Source: Octopus bimaculoides
Taxonomy: Eukaryota
Assembly: GCF_001194135.2 (NCBI RefSeq)
Contig: NC_068981.1
Span: 7,109,774 to 7,145,989 of the forward strand
DNA length: 36,216 nucleotides
Direction of reading: 5' to 3'
Made by a program: the position numbers and the translations under genes. Shown here piece after piece: positions 1 to 11,756 of this stretch. Under the pieces are notes generated by a model, which saw only the letters and a list, made by a program, of their open reading frames with translations, searched no databases and was not told the DNA's origin. Each line of letters starts with the position of its first letter. Position 1 is the stretch's first letter.

Positions 1-125
1 AAGCAGGCGAAATAGTAGTTTGGGGATTCACCATAGTTTTCCAAGGGGTCCTGAAAATGTTTTGGTTTTAGATATATTTAATGCAAGAAACAAGATTTCT
101 TTCGCTAATATTTTCCATTGAGGAA

Positions 126-364
126 GGCGGCGGACAGGTAGAATTGTTAGCATGCCGGACAGAATGCTTAGCGGCATTTCGTCCGTCTTTACGTTCTGAG
201 TTCAATTTCCGTCGAGGTTGACTTTGCCTTTCATCCTTTCGGGGTCGATTAAATAAGTACCAGTTACGCACTGGGGTCGATATAATCGACTTAATCCCTT
301 TGTTTGTCCTTGTTTGTCCCCTCTGTGTGTTAGCCCCCGCCCCCTGTGGGCAATAAAGAAATAA
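126..364 (+). mobile_element. tRNA-derived SINE, family A (octopus-type), near full length
   Basis: Head GGCGG..AGAATTGTTAGCATGCCGG..AATGCTTAGCGGCATTTCG, B-box-like GTTCTGAGTTCAATTTCC, core GTTGACTTTGCCTTTCATCCTTTCGGGGTCGATTAAATAAGTACCAG, tail ending GGGCAATAAAGAAATAA. Homologous copies at 19750-19950, 25167-25336 and 35439-36027. Confidence 0.9.
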
Positions 365-989
365 ATAATTTTCATAGGTCAACCTACACGAGAGAACGTG
401 TGAAAAGCAAAGTAGAAATTTTTGAAGAAATGTCCATTAAACTAGTTTTTAAACACCGAATGGCTAAGGGAGCCGAGTCGATACTAATCAAAGGGCCATA
501 ATTTAAAAAATGGTTAAGAACCACTGGGTTAGATTATATTCATAGAACTAATTGCGACTATTCCTTTTATGCGTGTGGTGGGTGTAGGGGTTCTAGTCCC
601 CATCAGAGATCGGATCGGTGCGTTTGGGGTTGAAATGTTTGTCAACCTGTAGAATGAGAGAGCTTTTCTACCACGTCTTTCAGTGCGGTTAGGGTTTGGT
701 TGTAATATGATGTAATGGGACAGAAGGAGAGCAGCAGGGGGGCAGTGAGATGTATTTAGTGAAGGTTTGTTGCATAGTATGGCTGCAGTGTGGTGTGGTG
801 TGATGCAATGTTATGCAGTGTTCGGCGGCCTGCTCTGGCTGCGATTGGATATCGTAGTCACATGACAAACAAATGAGGGAGAGAGAGGGAGAGAGAAAAA
901 CAGTGTCTATAAATCACTTGGCATATTTCTGAAAAGTTGGTAAATTAAATATGAGGAGTCAGCTCCACAGACAAGACTGGTAATACACA

Positions 990-1217
990 CACACATATGT
1001 AACCGTATATATGCGTATATATTCAGGTACACTCACAAACACACACACAATATATATGTACACATACATATCTATATACACACAAACGCACACGTAACCG
1101 TACATATATACAGGTACACGCACACACATAATATATACGTACACATATATATCTATACACACACACATGTAACCGTACATATATATACGTATATATGCAT
1201 ATTTATTCAGGTACACT

Positions 1218-1281
<64 letters not shown>

Positions 1282-1290
1282 TGCTCCTTA
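990..1290. repeat. Degenerate minisatellite (3 units carrying GTAACCGTA...CAGGTACAC) grading into (CA)n
   Basis: GTAACCGTA at 999, 1094 and 1169; CAGGTACAC at 1024, 1111 and 1208; spacers are TA/CA microsatellite. Confidence 0.8.
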
Positions 1291-1297
1291 TTGATTT

Positions 1298-1982
1298 NNN
1301 NNNNNNNNNNNNNNNNNNNNNNNNNNNNNNNNNNNNNNNNNNNNNNNNNNNNNNNNNNNNNNNNNNNNNNNNNNNNNNNNNNNNNNNNNNNNNNNNNNNN
1401 NNNNNNNNNNNNNNNNNNNNNNNNNNNNNNNNNNNNNNNNNNNNNNNNNNNNNNNNNNNNNNNNNNNNNNNNNNNNNNNNNNNNNNNNNNNNNNNNNNNN
1501 NNNNNNNNNNNNNNNNNNNNNNNNNNNNNNNNNNNNNNNNNNNNNNNNNNNNNNNNNNNNNNNNNNNNNNNNNNNNNNNNNNNNNNNNNNNNNNNNNNNN
1601 NNNNNNNNNNNNNNNNNNNNNNNNNNNNNNNNNNNNNNNNNNNNNNNNNNNNNNNNNNNNNNNNNNNNNNNNNNNNNNNNNNNNNNNNNNNNNNNNNNNN
1701 NNNNNNNNNNNNNNNNNNNNNNNNNNNNNNNNNNNNNNNNNNNNNNNNNNNNNNNNNNNNNNNNNNNNNNNNNNNNNNNNNNNNNNNNNNNNNNNNNNNN
1801 NNNNNNNNNNNNNNNNNNNNNNNNNNNNNNNNNNNNNNNNNNNNNNNNNNNNNNNNNNNNNNNNNNNNNNNNNNNNNNNNNNNNNNNNNNNNNNNNNNNN
1901 NNNNNNNNNNNNNNNNNNNNNNNNNNNNNNNNNNNNNNNNNNNNNNNNNNNNNNNNNNNNNNNNNNNNNNNNNNNNNNNNNN
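1298..1982. other. Assembly gap (N-run). Further gaps at 3274-3344, 18717-18907, 24681-24690, 25397-25833, 27815-28294, 28757-28766, 29193-29465 and 32275-32497
   Basis: Runs of n in the sequence, most abutting microsatellites. Confidence 0.99.
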
Positions 1983-2070
1983 CGATGTAATCGACCAGCC
2001 CCTCCGCCGCCGAACTTGCTGGCCTTGGGTCAAAATTTGAAAGCATAATTATCATTTTTATTATCATTAT
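1983..2070 (+). mobile_element. SINE family A 3' tail; 5' part lost in the gap
   Basis: CGATGTAATCGACC..CCCC..TTGCTGGCCTTGGGTCAAAATTTGAAA followed by an (ATT)n-like tail; matches the tail at 35995-36027. Confidence 0.75.
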
Positions 2071-2329
2071 TAAAATTGATTAGTGAGAGTTTGCCTCGCA
2101 ACTCGAGGCGTGGCGTGAAACCTGACTCGCAAAATATACTCTCAGTTGCAATAGAGAAATAAGTAAATAGATATAGATACATAGATAGAACCCATGCACA
2201 CACACACACACACACACACACATGCACACACATGCACACACACACAAGTATGTATAGTGTGCAGAGATACAGAAGAGAGAATATTCGAGACACAATGAAT
2301 ATAGAATCTTGTGTTAGGGTGGGACTAGA

Positions 2330-2555
2330 AAATATGAGAGGGAGGTGAGGGGGCGTAAAGGGTGTTGGAGAGAGGTGTATAATGAGAGAGAAGAAGAGAA
2401 AGAAAAGGAACGAAAGAAAAGAAGAAAAAGAAAAAGAAATATTGAAGCGATTCCATGAACAGGAAGAAAAAAAAGGAATGAAGACGGAGAGAATAAAGAA
2501 AAAGGTGAGAGGACGAATGAGAAAGAAAAATAGAGGAATAAGGTGAGAGTGAGAG

Positions 2556-2604
<49 letters not shown>

Positions 2605-2709
2605 AAAGAAAGAGAGGGGTGGAAAATAATGGAGGGGGAGGGAGAGGAAGACCTACTTAATTATATCTAAACATTGGTCAATTAGTAAATAGATGAATTG
2701 AGAATATAC

Positions 2710-2750
<41 letters not shown>
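2330..2750. repeat. Polypurine tract with (GA)n microsatellites
   Basis: Long (GA)n runs near 2560-2600 and 2711-2748 within A/G-rich sequence. Confidence 0.9.
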
Positions 2751-2752
<2 letters not shown>

Positions 2753-2858
2753 GTGCACCTGGGAGTGTTCATATGGATGTCACTGGTCACTGAGCTATTT
2801 CTTAGATCACACACACACAGGTGTGTATGTGTGTGTGTATATATATATATATATATTA

Positions 2859-3273
2859 GTGGCTGTGTGGTAAAAAGCTTGCTTCACAGTCACATGATTC
2901 CGGGTTCAGTCCCACTGCGTAGCACCTTCAGCAAGCGTCATCTATAGCCTCAGTCTGACCAAAGCCTTGTGAGTGGATTTGGTAGATGGAAACTGAAAGA
3001 AACCCGTTGTGCGTGTGTGTGTGTGTGTGTACGTGTGTGCGCGCGCGAGCGAGCGTATTTGCCCCTCAGAGTCGCTTGACATCCAATGGTGGTATGTTTA
3101 CGTCCCTGTAACTTAGGGAGCTCAGCTAAAGAAAAAAATAGAATAAAGTATCCGTCCTACGAAATAATAATAAGAAAAAGAATAATAAAGTAGAGGGTTC
3201 GATTAATTCGATTAAAAATTCTTCAGGGTGGTACCCCAGCATGGCCGCAATCAAATAGCTGAAACAAGTAAAA
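2859..3273 (+). mobile_element. tRNA-derived SINE, family B (octopus-type), near full length with internal (GT)n
   Basis: Head GTGGCTGTGTGGTAAAAAGCTTGCTTC..CATGATTCCGGGTTCAGTCCCACTGCG (A/B-box-like), body GACCAAAGCCTTGTGAGTGGATTTGGTAGATGGAAACTGAAAGAA, internal microsatellite, 3' end CCAGCATGGCCGCA..TGAAACAAGTAAA. Homologous to 13332-13675. Confidence 0.9.
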
Positions 3274-4140
3274 NNNNNNNNNNNNNNNNNNNNNNNNNNN
3301 NNNNNNNNNNNNNNNNNNNNNNNNNNNNNNNNNNNNNNNNNNNNGTAAGCGAAAAAGTAAAAAAAGCTCGGAAAATGAAGAATGCGGGGGGGGGGAACAA
3401 GGAGAGAAATAAGAAATGTGAAGATGAAAATATGGGATTTAGAGAGGAGTGGGGGTGGGGTGGGGGAGTTGTTGGGGATTAATAAAATGATGCAATGTTA
3501 AGCAGACAACAGCATCGAACAGAGGAGCAAAGAGAATTAGAAGTGGTGGTGGTGGTGGTGGCGACGGTATAGTGTTTCACTATAGAGGGGTGACGTGGTG
3601 GTGGCGGTGGTGGTGGTAGTGGTGGTGAAGTCTCTTAATGTATAGAGGTAAATTAGCGGTGGTGGTTGGTGGTGGGTGGTGGTGGAGTCTTGCACCATGG
3701 AGGGGTGAATTAGCGGTGGCGATGTTGTCTCTCACTTGCAGTTTATTACCTAATTAAACAAGTGAAAAGATGGCGAATTTGATTAAACGCCTGATTAGTA
3801 TTCCCTAACGGACTTAATTAGAAAGTCTAAATGTAGGAGGGTAGAGGGTGGAGGAGGGGGAAGTGTAGAGGGAGAGGAATAGCGTCCATAGTGAGAGAGG
3901 GTGGAGAGAGGGAGTGAGAGAGAGAAAGGAGAAAATACCTGATAGATCAGAATGCTTAAAGACGTCTATAGAGGGGAAGGAGGAGAAGAAGGAGGAGGAG
4001 ATGGTTTAGATATAAATGAAAGAGGGGGAGGAATAGTAGAGGGACATTATGTATGTGTGTGAGAGAGAGAGATAGAGAAAGATAGAGAGAATAGATAGAC
4101 AAAAGACACATTAGATGGAGAAAAAGAGAAGATGCATGAG

Positions 4141-4174
4141 ACAGATGGAGTGGGAGACAGAGAGAGAGAAAGTA

Positions 4175-4205
<31 letters not shown>

Positions 4206-4287
4206 CAGGGAGAGAGACAGAGAGAGAGACAGAGAGACAGAGAGAGACACAGAGAGAGAGAGACAGAGAGAGAGAGAGAAACAGACG

Positions 4288-4321
<34 letters not shown>

Positions 4322-4332
4322 GAGAGACAGAG

Positions 4333-4377
<45 letters not shown>

Positions 4378-4420
4378 GAGACAGAGAGAGAGAAACAGAG
4401 AGACAGAGACAGAGAGAGAA
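4141..4420. repeat. Compound (GA)n/(GACA)n microsatellite
   Basis: Directly visible; explains the E/R-rich and L/S-rich ORFs in the track. Confidence 0.95.
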
Positions 4421-4884
4421 AGTAAGAGATGGAGAGGAGGCGAAAAGGAAGGAAAGGATGGAAAGGAAAAAAGAGGATAAGAGAGAATGAAGAAGAGAGA
4501 AAGGTGTGGAGAAAGAATGAAAAGATGGAGAGGAAGGAAGAAAGAAAGAAAGGATAGAAATCGTGGCAAAGAGAGAAAAGGAAGGAAGGAAGGAAAAACG
4601 GTGGGAGGGGGAGTAGAGATAATTGATAGAAGGAGAGATATTGTATATGGGAGAAGTGGATGGGGAGGGTGGAGGCAAGAGGGGGGAAAGATAAAGAAAA
4701 TTAAACACGGGAGGAGAGTAGATGTGGTTGGTGATGATGATGATGATGATTAAAAGTGCTGGAAGATACGAGTGGTGTGAAGTGGAAGTATAGAATTCTT
4801 GGTGATTGGTCAGCATCAGGTTATACAACGTCATGGCTGCCACCACAACGACCCCCATGCCTATGTGTGAAAGGTGGGTGTGTA

Positions 4885-5068
4885 TGTGCACACGCATATA
4901 TATGTGTGCGTGTGTTTGTGTATATGTATATATGTGTGTATATATATATATATATGTGTGTGTGTATATATATGTGTGTGTGTATATATATGTGTGTGTG
5001 CGTATATATGTGTGCGTGTGTGTGTGTATATGCATATATGTGTGTGTGTATGTATATATATATGTGTG

Positions 5069-5119
<51 letters not shown>

Positions 5120-5216
5120 GTGTGTGTGTATATATATATATGTGTGTGTGTGTATATATATATGTATAGATATATATATATATATGTGTGAGTGTGTGTA
5201 TATCTATATATGTGTG

Positions 5217-5249
<33 letters not shown>

Positions 5250-5385
5250 ATATGTGTGTGTATATGTGTGTGTATATATATATATGTGTGTGTGTGTGCG
5301 TATATATATATGTGTGTGTGTGTGTGCGTATATATATATATATGTGTGTGTGTATATATATATGTGCGTGTGTATATATATATCG
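4885..5385. repeat. Compound (TA)n/(TG)n microsatellite array
   Basis: About 500 bp of alternating TA and TG blocks. Confidence 0.95.
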
Positions 5386-5992
5386 ATATATAAGATCATA
5401 GAATAGTCACTGTCTCAAACGACACCTCTACCACTAGCAAGAGTAACAACAACAACAATAACAGCGACAACAACGGACGACATTTACGGAAGCCTGGTCG
5501 GGAAAGAAAATATTAAACAGAAAGGGAAAACACGATGATATCAGTTACATTGCGATAGAGATGTTAAAAAGAATAATTGAGAAAGAAAGAAAAAAAAAGA
5601 GACAAACTGTATCATTTGATGTGTGTGTGTGTGTGTGTGTGTGTGAGGAGATAAGAGACAGCGGAAGAGCGTTCTCAGCAAGGAATGTAATGAAAAATGG
5701 TTAGTGAGTAACAGTTCGGTGTAAAAGAAAGAAAGAATTCATTGGCAGAATTCTATAGAATTCTATTATGCAACTGATATAAATACAACAAAATACATCA
5801 ATCATCCATAGGCATGATGTGAAACCGTAACTGCTGCTAACTAGACACGAGTTGATGGCATTTTGGCTTTTGTTTCGCTGTTCTTCAATTCGTTGTCTTC
5901 TAGTTTCCTTCGTCAATATATCATCATTTCATGTGGAATGTCTTATAAACATGACTATGCTATGCCATTTCGTCTTTTCTTAAAGAGACATG

Positions 5993-6034
<42 letters not shown>

Positions 6035-6671
6035 TGAGAGAGAGAGAGAGAGAGCGCAATGAAATCAGAGATTTATTCGCTCCAGATCCACTACTTCTGG
6101 GTAGCTATGTATTTCAACGAATAGAACCGCCTAAGGACCCCTCTCTTTCTATTTCGGACGTACAGACGTGGTAGTACTCACGGAACGTGCGTGTATGTGT
6201 GTGTACATATATATCTCCTAAGTTAATATTGTATTTAAATAGCAGTCAAAATGCGGCAAAAATTCACCGTTTTTTTTGCCAAACCATCCCAGAAGCCAGT
6301 AGAACCAAGCATACCTGGACACAGAATTCTTTTTTCTAACCATTTCTTTTCTCTCTTTTTAAAGAACTCTGTGGATATACCAGTAAGATACAAGGAGAAA
6401 CCAGTTGATTGGGCCCTTCCATTTGTAACATCGAAATGGGATGGAGATATGCGATGATGTCGAATATTAAAGCAATATTGAATCTTCGGTTATGCCCAAG
6501 TCTCTGGATTGAAAGAGGGATTCTGTAGTCTTCATGCCTTTCCCATTAGTTTTAATGAGATGAAATTGTTGGTCACCGGTCTCAGCTCTCAGGGATTTGA
6601 TGTGATTGATAGAACCAGGTAAAAAAAAAAAATAAATGGTAAAGCATCAAGTTATATTTTCAATGTCTAGC

Positions 6672-6720
6672 GCAGTTTTGTCCCTCTACATTTCGAGTTC
6701 AAATCGCGCTCGAGTTCCAG
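6672..6720 (+). mobile_element. Highly degraded SINE family A fragment (B-box region)
   Basis: GTCCCTCTACATTTCGAGTTCAAATCGCGCTCGAG resembles the family-A GTCTTTACGTTCTGAGTTCAAATTCCGCCGAG. Confidence 0.4.
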
Positions 6721-8041
6721 GTGCATCGTTAATATTTACAGTATAATTTACAGTACTAGGCCTGACAGAACACAGCCGAGGGTTGTGCAAATGATTCGGT
6801 TTAGTTTATTCTTTAGAACTCAATACGAACACACATTTATATATTTATATGCATGTGTGCATAAATATGCAAATATATATACATATGTATATACTTTTTA
6901 ATATATATGTATACACACATTCATACACAAACATATATATAATGAATATGTGTGTGTGTGTGTGCAAGCGTGTCTATGTATGTAAGTAATTAATGGATAT
7001 ATACAAGTACAAGAGAGACTTCAAATGGTCAATGCAGTGGAAAGATAAAGAAAAAAAGCCGAGAGGAGGGAAAGATGGCGCACACAGAGGAGATGCTTAC
7101 GTATTGGATATTGAATACAAAGCTGTGTACGGTGGACTGAGCGGAGATGCTGGAATAAATATGCATATATAATGTTCATACATGACACACACTGATATAT
7201 ACATACATCTGTGTTGAAATATTTATATATGAGTAATGCGTATACAAACATGTCTATATATTGGAATAACAATGCAAACACGAAAGCATGTATGAATGTA
7301 AGATATATATATTTATGTATGAATGTAAGATATATATATTTATATATATATATTTTATATATACGTGTGCTTGTAGATGTAAAAATGTGTAAATGCAGAT
7401 AAACATATGCTAGTTGTAGATATGCGTTAATTATTCGGAGATGAATATGAATAAATAACAAGAGTATACAGTGAGTAGATGGACACAGACATAATTAATT
7501 TAGACTTGTGGGATACGTCTATTAACTTTATTAAAGCAAATTATACAATTGTAACTCGTGGAAAATATGAACGGTTTCTTGGCAAATGTATTTGGTAATG
7601 AACGAGAGAGAAGGAGAGAGTAAAATAATGAAATAATTGTGATAATTGGCGAGATTATACAAGAAAAATACCACGTATATTTGAAATATGTTTGGTACGG
7701 TAGAGGAATCGTCAAACAGAGAATATTGTTTGAAGTTAGCCAAACCTCAAATCTAACAACTGCAAAATCAACCACCTCTGGCCGAGGGACTTAACTCTGA
7801 TGAACTAATTCTTTTCTTAGGGTTTGATCTAGATAAGTTCTTCCATGAATTTCGTTCCTCTATTTTCTCATCAATCCTAAGACCCCAAAATCGGATGCGA
7901 CACTTTCAGGTTTTCGGTGTGAAAGAACCCACACCAGTCTGTTCTTTCAGTCATTTCTGATGACCCCTGAAGTTGGTTCTTTACTTCTGGTATGAAACCG
8001 TTTGATAAATTGACTTCCATGTGACTACAATATACTACTAA

Positions 8042-8198
8042 AATAATATTTAGTTATTAAACCATCCCATCTTTTATAGCAATATATATATAATCACTCG
8101 ACCAGCTAAAGATAGTCAGCAAGATGTCCTACTTGCCGTCATGCATACAACTGTATATTGCTATAAAAGATGGGATGGTTTAATAACTAAATATTATT
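8042..8198. repeat. Perfect 45 bp inverted repeat with 67 nt spacer
   Basis: 8042-8086 AATAATATTTAGTTATTAAACCATCCCATCTTTTATAGCAATATA is the exact reverse complement of 8154-8198. Confidence 0.95.
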
Positions 8199-8519
8199 CC
8201 CATTTTTGGCAGCACATCTACACCTGCCAGATAACTATTGGTAATACTACTTCCATAATCTCCCCATCAGACATCAACCTCGGTCGACTACTCAACAAAT
8301 ATATTCTATATTTAACTGACTGATTATTTCTCTTCGACGGACTTTGATATTATAAAACAAGAAGCTTCCCAGAAATGTTTTTCGCCACAAGTCCACCCTC
8401 CTCCTCTTCCTCCTCCCTCGCCTCTCTCTATCTTTTCTATGTATAGTGGTTCAATTGAAACTGTCTAATTTTGAGGAGAGTGGTGATACTTCGACCTCAC
8501 AAACCTTCGCCAACCTCTT

Positions 8520-8670
8520 TGTCAATGTCTGATCTGCAAGAATTAGCAGCTAAATCTCTTTCAAATCTCGTCCAATTATCTTTCTTAGCAAAAGATGGAC
8601 ATATTGGATAATCTAATCGTAGATACACTTACTACAAAATAAAAACAAGACCAGGGCGGATGTTAATGCA
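8520..8670 (+). mobile_element. Diverged interspersed repeat, family C (SINE-like) fragment
   Basis: TGATCTG..AGAATTAGCAGCTAAATCTCTTTCAAATC...TTGGATAATCTAATCGTAGATA aligns by eye with 34561-34680. Confidence 0.6.
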
Positions 8671-8678
8671 ATACAACA

Positions 8679-8714
<36 letters not shown>

Positions 8715-10418
8715 TCTTTATTTACCGTTCACTCTTCGCATCACACAATTTCCTTATATTTATCAGAATTTTTTAAAGTTCATATTAGTCCACCCGTTTC
8801 TATCCCCAGCAGCTTAAGTTGCTAACATTACCAAACTGAACAATATTACTTGAAGGTGTCGAAATTGTGATGAGATTGGGTCATCTGACAACTGAGGAGG
8901 GATTCAGATCGTCTGCATCAGCTGAGTATATGTGTATTATATGTATTTGCGTAAACTGCCGCCATCCTGCACTGCATTTTTCATTAAATGATAATTTATA
9001 TTCAAGATTCTCCGGGGGGCGGAAGAATGGCGGAATATTATCAATGAAGCGGAACAGTTATTTCGAAAGAGAAGTGTAGGAAAGATTTCCATAAATAACA
9101 GTATAGTTATCTACATTATATAAACTCCAAGTATTTAAATTTGCGCTGGCGTCGATAAGTATGATAGTCTGGTATTCGTGTATGTACGTAAATATATATG
9201 CACATATTGTATAGAGTATGTAAATATATTTTAAGGGAAAACTTGTTACGGGGCGAGCGGACAGCAGGAGAAATCTTCACAGAACGAACTCCCAACAAAC
9301 AAGGGCTTCGTACCATTCGTTTCTGACACTTAAAGGAAGCAGGACCCGACTCCTAGGTGTCCTGCTGTTATTTAAATGCCACCTCCTGTGGGGATTGAAC
9401 TCGGAACCTTTCTGAGAGCTCGGTCAGAAATACCACAGCACGGACTTGCTCCGTTTCAAACTGCATTTACACACACACACACACACAAAGTCAGCTTCAT
9501 TGCTCATTTACAGACATAATTTATGCGGCGAGGTGGGAAGTGGAACGCAGGAACTTGGAGGCGTTGGTTCGGTGGAGCTGCGGTGGTGAAGTCAATCTGT
9601 GAATTGCAACCGATCACTCTATGTTGACGATTCAATTAAGTTTCCAAGCATCATCAATAGGATAATCAGAGAAAGATTGATCAGGCAGGGGGGAAAATAA
9701 GAACCAACTATTTAGTAATCTATCGCCAGCTATTCCAACGGTCCGCACTATCTGTTACGACACTCCCCACCCTAACTCCCTCATCAACCAATAAACATCG
9801 GGTCTCCGTCCAGCCAGCTGTCTGTTAACGAAGTTGATTAAGCCTGATAACCCAATGAATTGCTAACTGAAATGGCTCTCCTATGCAATTCTTTGGGTTT
9901 TTTTTTAATAGCAACATGTGAAATAGTCCTGGTAGAGTGGAGACTGGATTCGTGTTTCTACACGAGAGGCGTGGATATGTGCCTCACCTAACTTTCTTAC
10001 TGGAGCCACAGTGTGTGGATCTCTTTATATTCTGTCCCAGAATCGTCCCTCTGGATTTAAAGAGCTTTAACTTCCCCGACTTTTATCAGCACTATTTCAG
10101 TTAATCAATATTCTTTCACAACTCTTGATTTTTTTTCCGTGTCAATAAAAAAACAAAAAGGGTAACAGAGCACACTTAATATAGGATGGTGGTGGTGGTG
10201 GTGAGGGGGTGTAGGGAAACTATTCCTTAGTTTTCGTTTGGTGATTCCCTGTCGCTTTTATTGTGTAAACTTACTCAGGACAACTTTATGGTTTATCAAA
10301 TGATTCAAATGGAAAAGAATTTTGGTATTCGCGACCTTTTCAGAAATATACGGTGAACCCTAGTTTAGGGATTGCGAACGGTTTGTTTGCATGTCTTTTT
10401 TTTTAAATTTGTTTATGT

Positions 10419-10460
<42 letters not shown>

Positions 10461-10787
10461 TACACAAAGAAAAGAGGAATAAATAATAGATTATTAATCG
10501 ATACCAACTGCTATACAGAGCCATGACAGTGAATACATTTATCTAATTAAGACTCACTTGACAGATGATAACAGATTGATAAGTTGGGAAGTGATCAGTA
10601 AATGGTAAGTTGGAATAATTAATCATTTGGAGACGGCTGGAATTACGTACACCAAATTGAAATACTCATATGCATACATGTATATAGAGATACCATGTAT
10701 ATATATGCATATATATATAGCTAGTTACCTGTGCATGTGTGTGTATGATGCACCTCAAACGAAACGACCGTACAACTATACGCATCC

Positions 10788-10842
<55 letters not shown>

Positions 10843-11089
10843 TACACACACACAAATATATACACTAATATTTTCCCCGCATTCTGTGGAAGAACCTTTG
10901 TCACAACTTGTTCAATACCTTATCCCATTCACGACCCATCACTTACCCCAACCGATTTCTTACTCTCCTCTTTTTCGGACACCGTTTTATTAGTGGTTCG
11001 TTCTCTATACACCAAATACAGTTACCAGGGCAACAGAGGTGACGATCATCAATCATATTATTTCCACATCTTCAACCGTTTAATCACAG

Positions 11090-11181
11090 CCTCCTCTCAC
11101 ACTTCCAACTTGAACGTCCAACACTTAGCGAACGGCCGGGACACTGGATGATAACTGCTGAGTTCAAAGATGGTGTTGCTG
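11090..11181 (+). CDS. Candidate internal exon (LLSHFQLERPTLSERPGHWMITAEFKDGVA), unknown product
   Basis: TTTAATCACAG| acceptor and G|GTGAGC donor; only one frame is open. No recognisable homology. Confidence 0.15.
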
Positions 11182-11700
11182 GTGAGCCTCGTTCTAATGT
11201 TGTGACGTTAAAAGATGGATGACATGAACGCTTCGAGATTAGCTGATATTTTTTAACCGCGTTTCCTTCTGCAATGAACTTTTTTTCTGTTTTAATTTCG
11301 TTTGTTTTTCAGAGAAACAAATTCCATATCCGCTTATATTTATTGATTCATGTATTGGCTGGGTATTTAATTGGCTGTAGGCTGTTGTTGATTGACTAGC
11401 ATAACGGTAAAATACCATTTATGGTAACAGGGAGGTAGACGAATGATCCGTTAATTATTCTTTAACACTTATCACACCTTCCACATCACCAAAACGCGAT
11501 AATTGCACAAAACCGTGAAATCTATTGATTGTATTTTACAGAAATACTTCATACTATCGCATCTAAAGCTAGAGAGGGTGTTGAAGGAAAATACATGACA
11601 GCGTGGTAAAACGAAACTTTAAGAAATGCAGAATAACGTCACATCGCAACTTCATCCAAGTGTGTTGGCTGCTACTTTCTTTCGTTTCTTCACTTACGCG

Positions 11701-11701
11701 T

Positions 11702-11756
<55 letters not shown>

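Noticed and set aside
1195-2067. Long ORFs of 190-280 aa spanning N-runs (also at 18.5-19.0, 25.2-25.9, 27.7-28.4, 29.1-29.7 and 32.2-32.6 kb)
   Set aside because: Length comes from X residues in assembly gaps.
3956-5035. 359 aa minus-strand ORF, the longest in the track
   Set aside because: Runs through TA/TG and GA repeats and polypurine tracts; composition is purely low-complexity.
7288-7341. 27 bp tandem duplication ATGTATGAATGTAAGATATATATATTT x2
   Set aside because: Ordinary slippage duplication in TA-rich low-complexity DNA.
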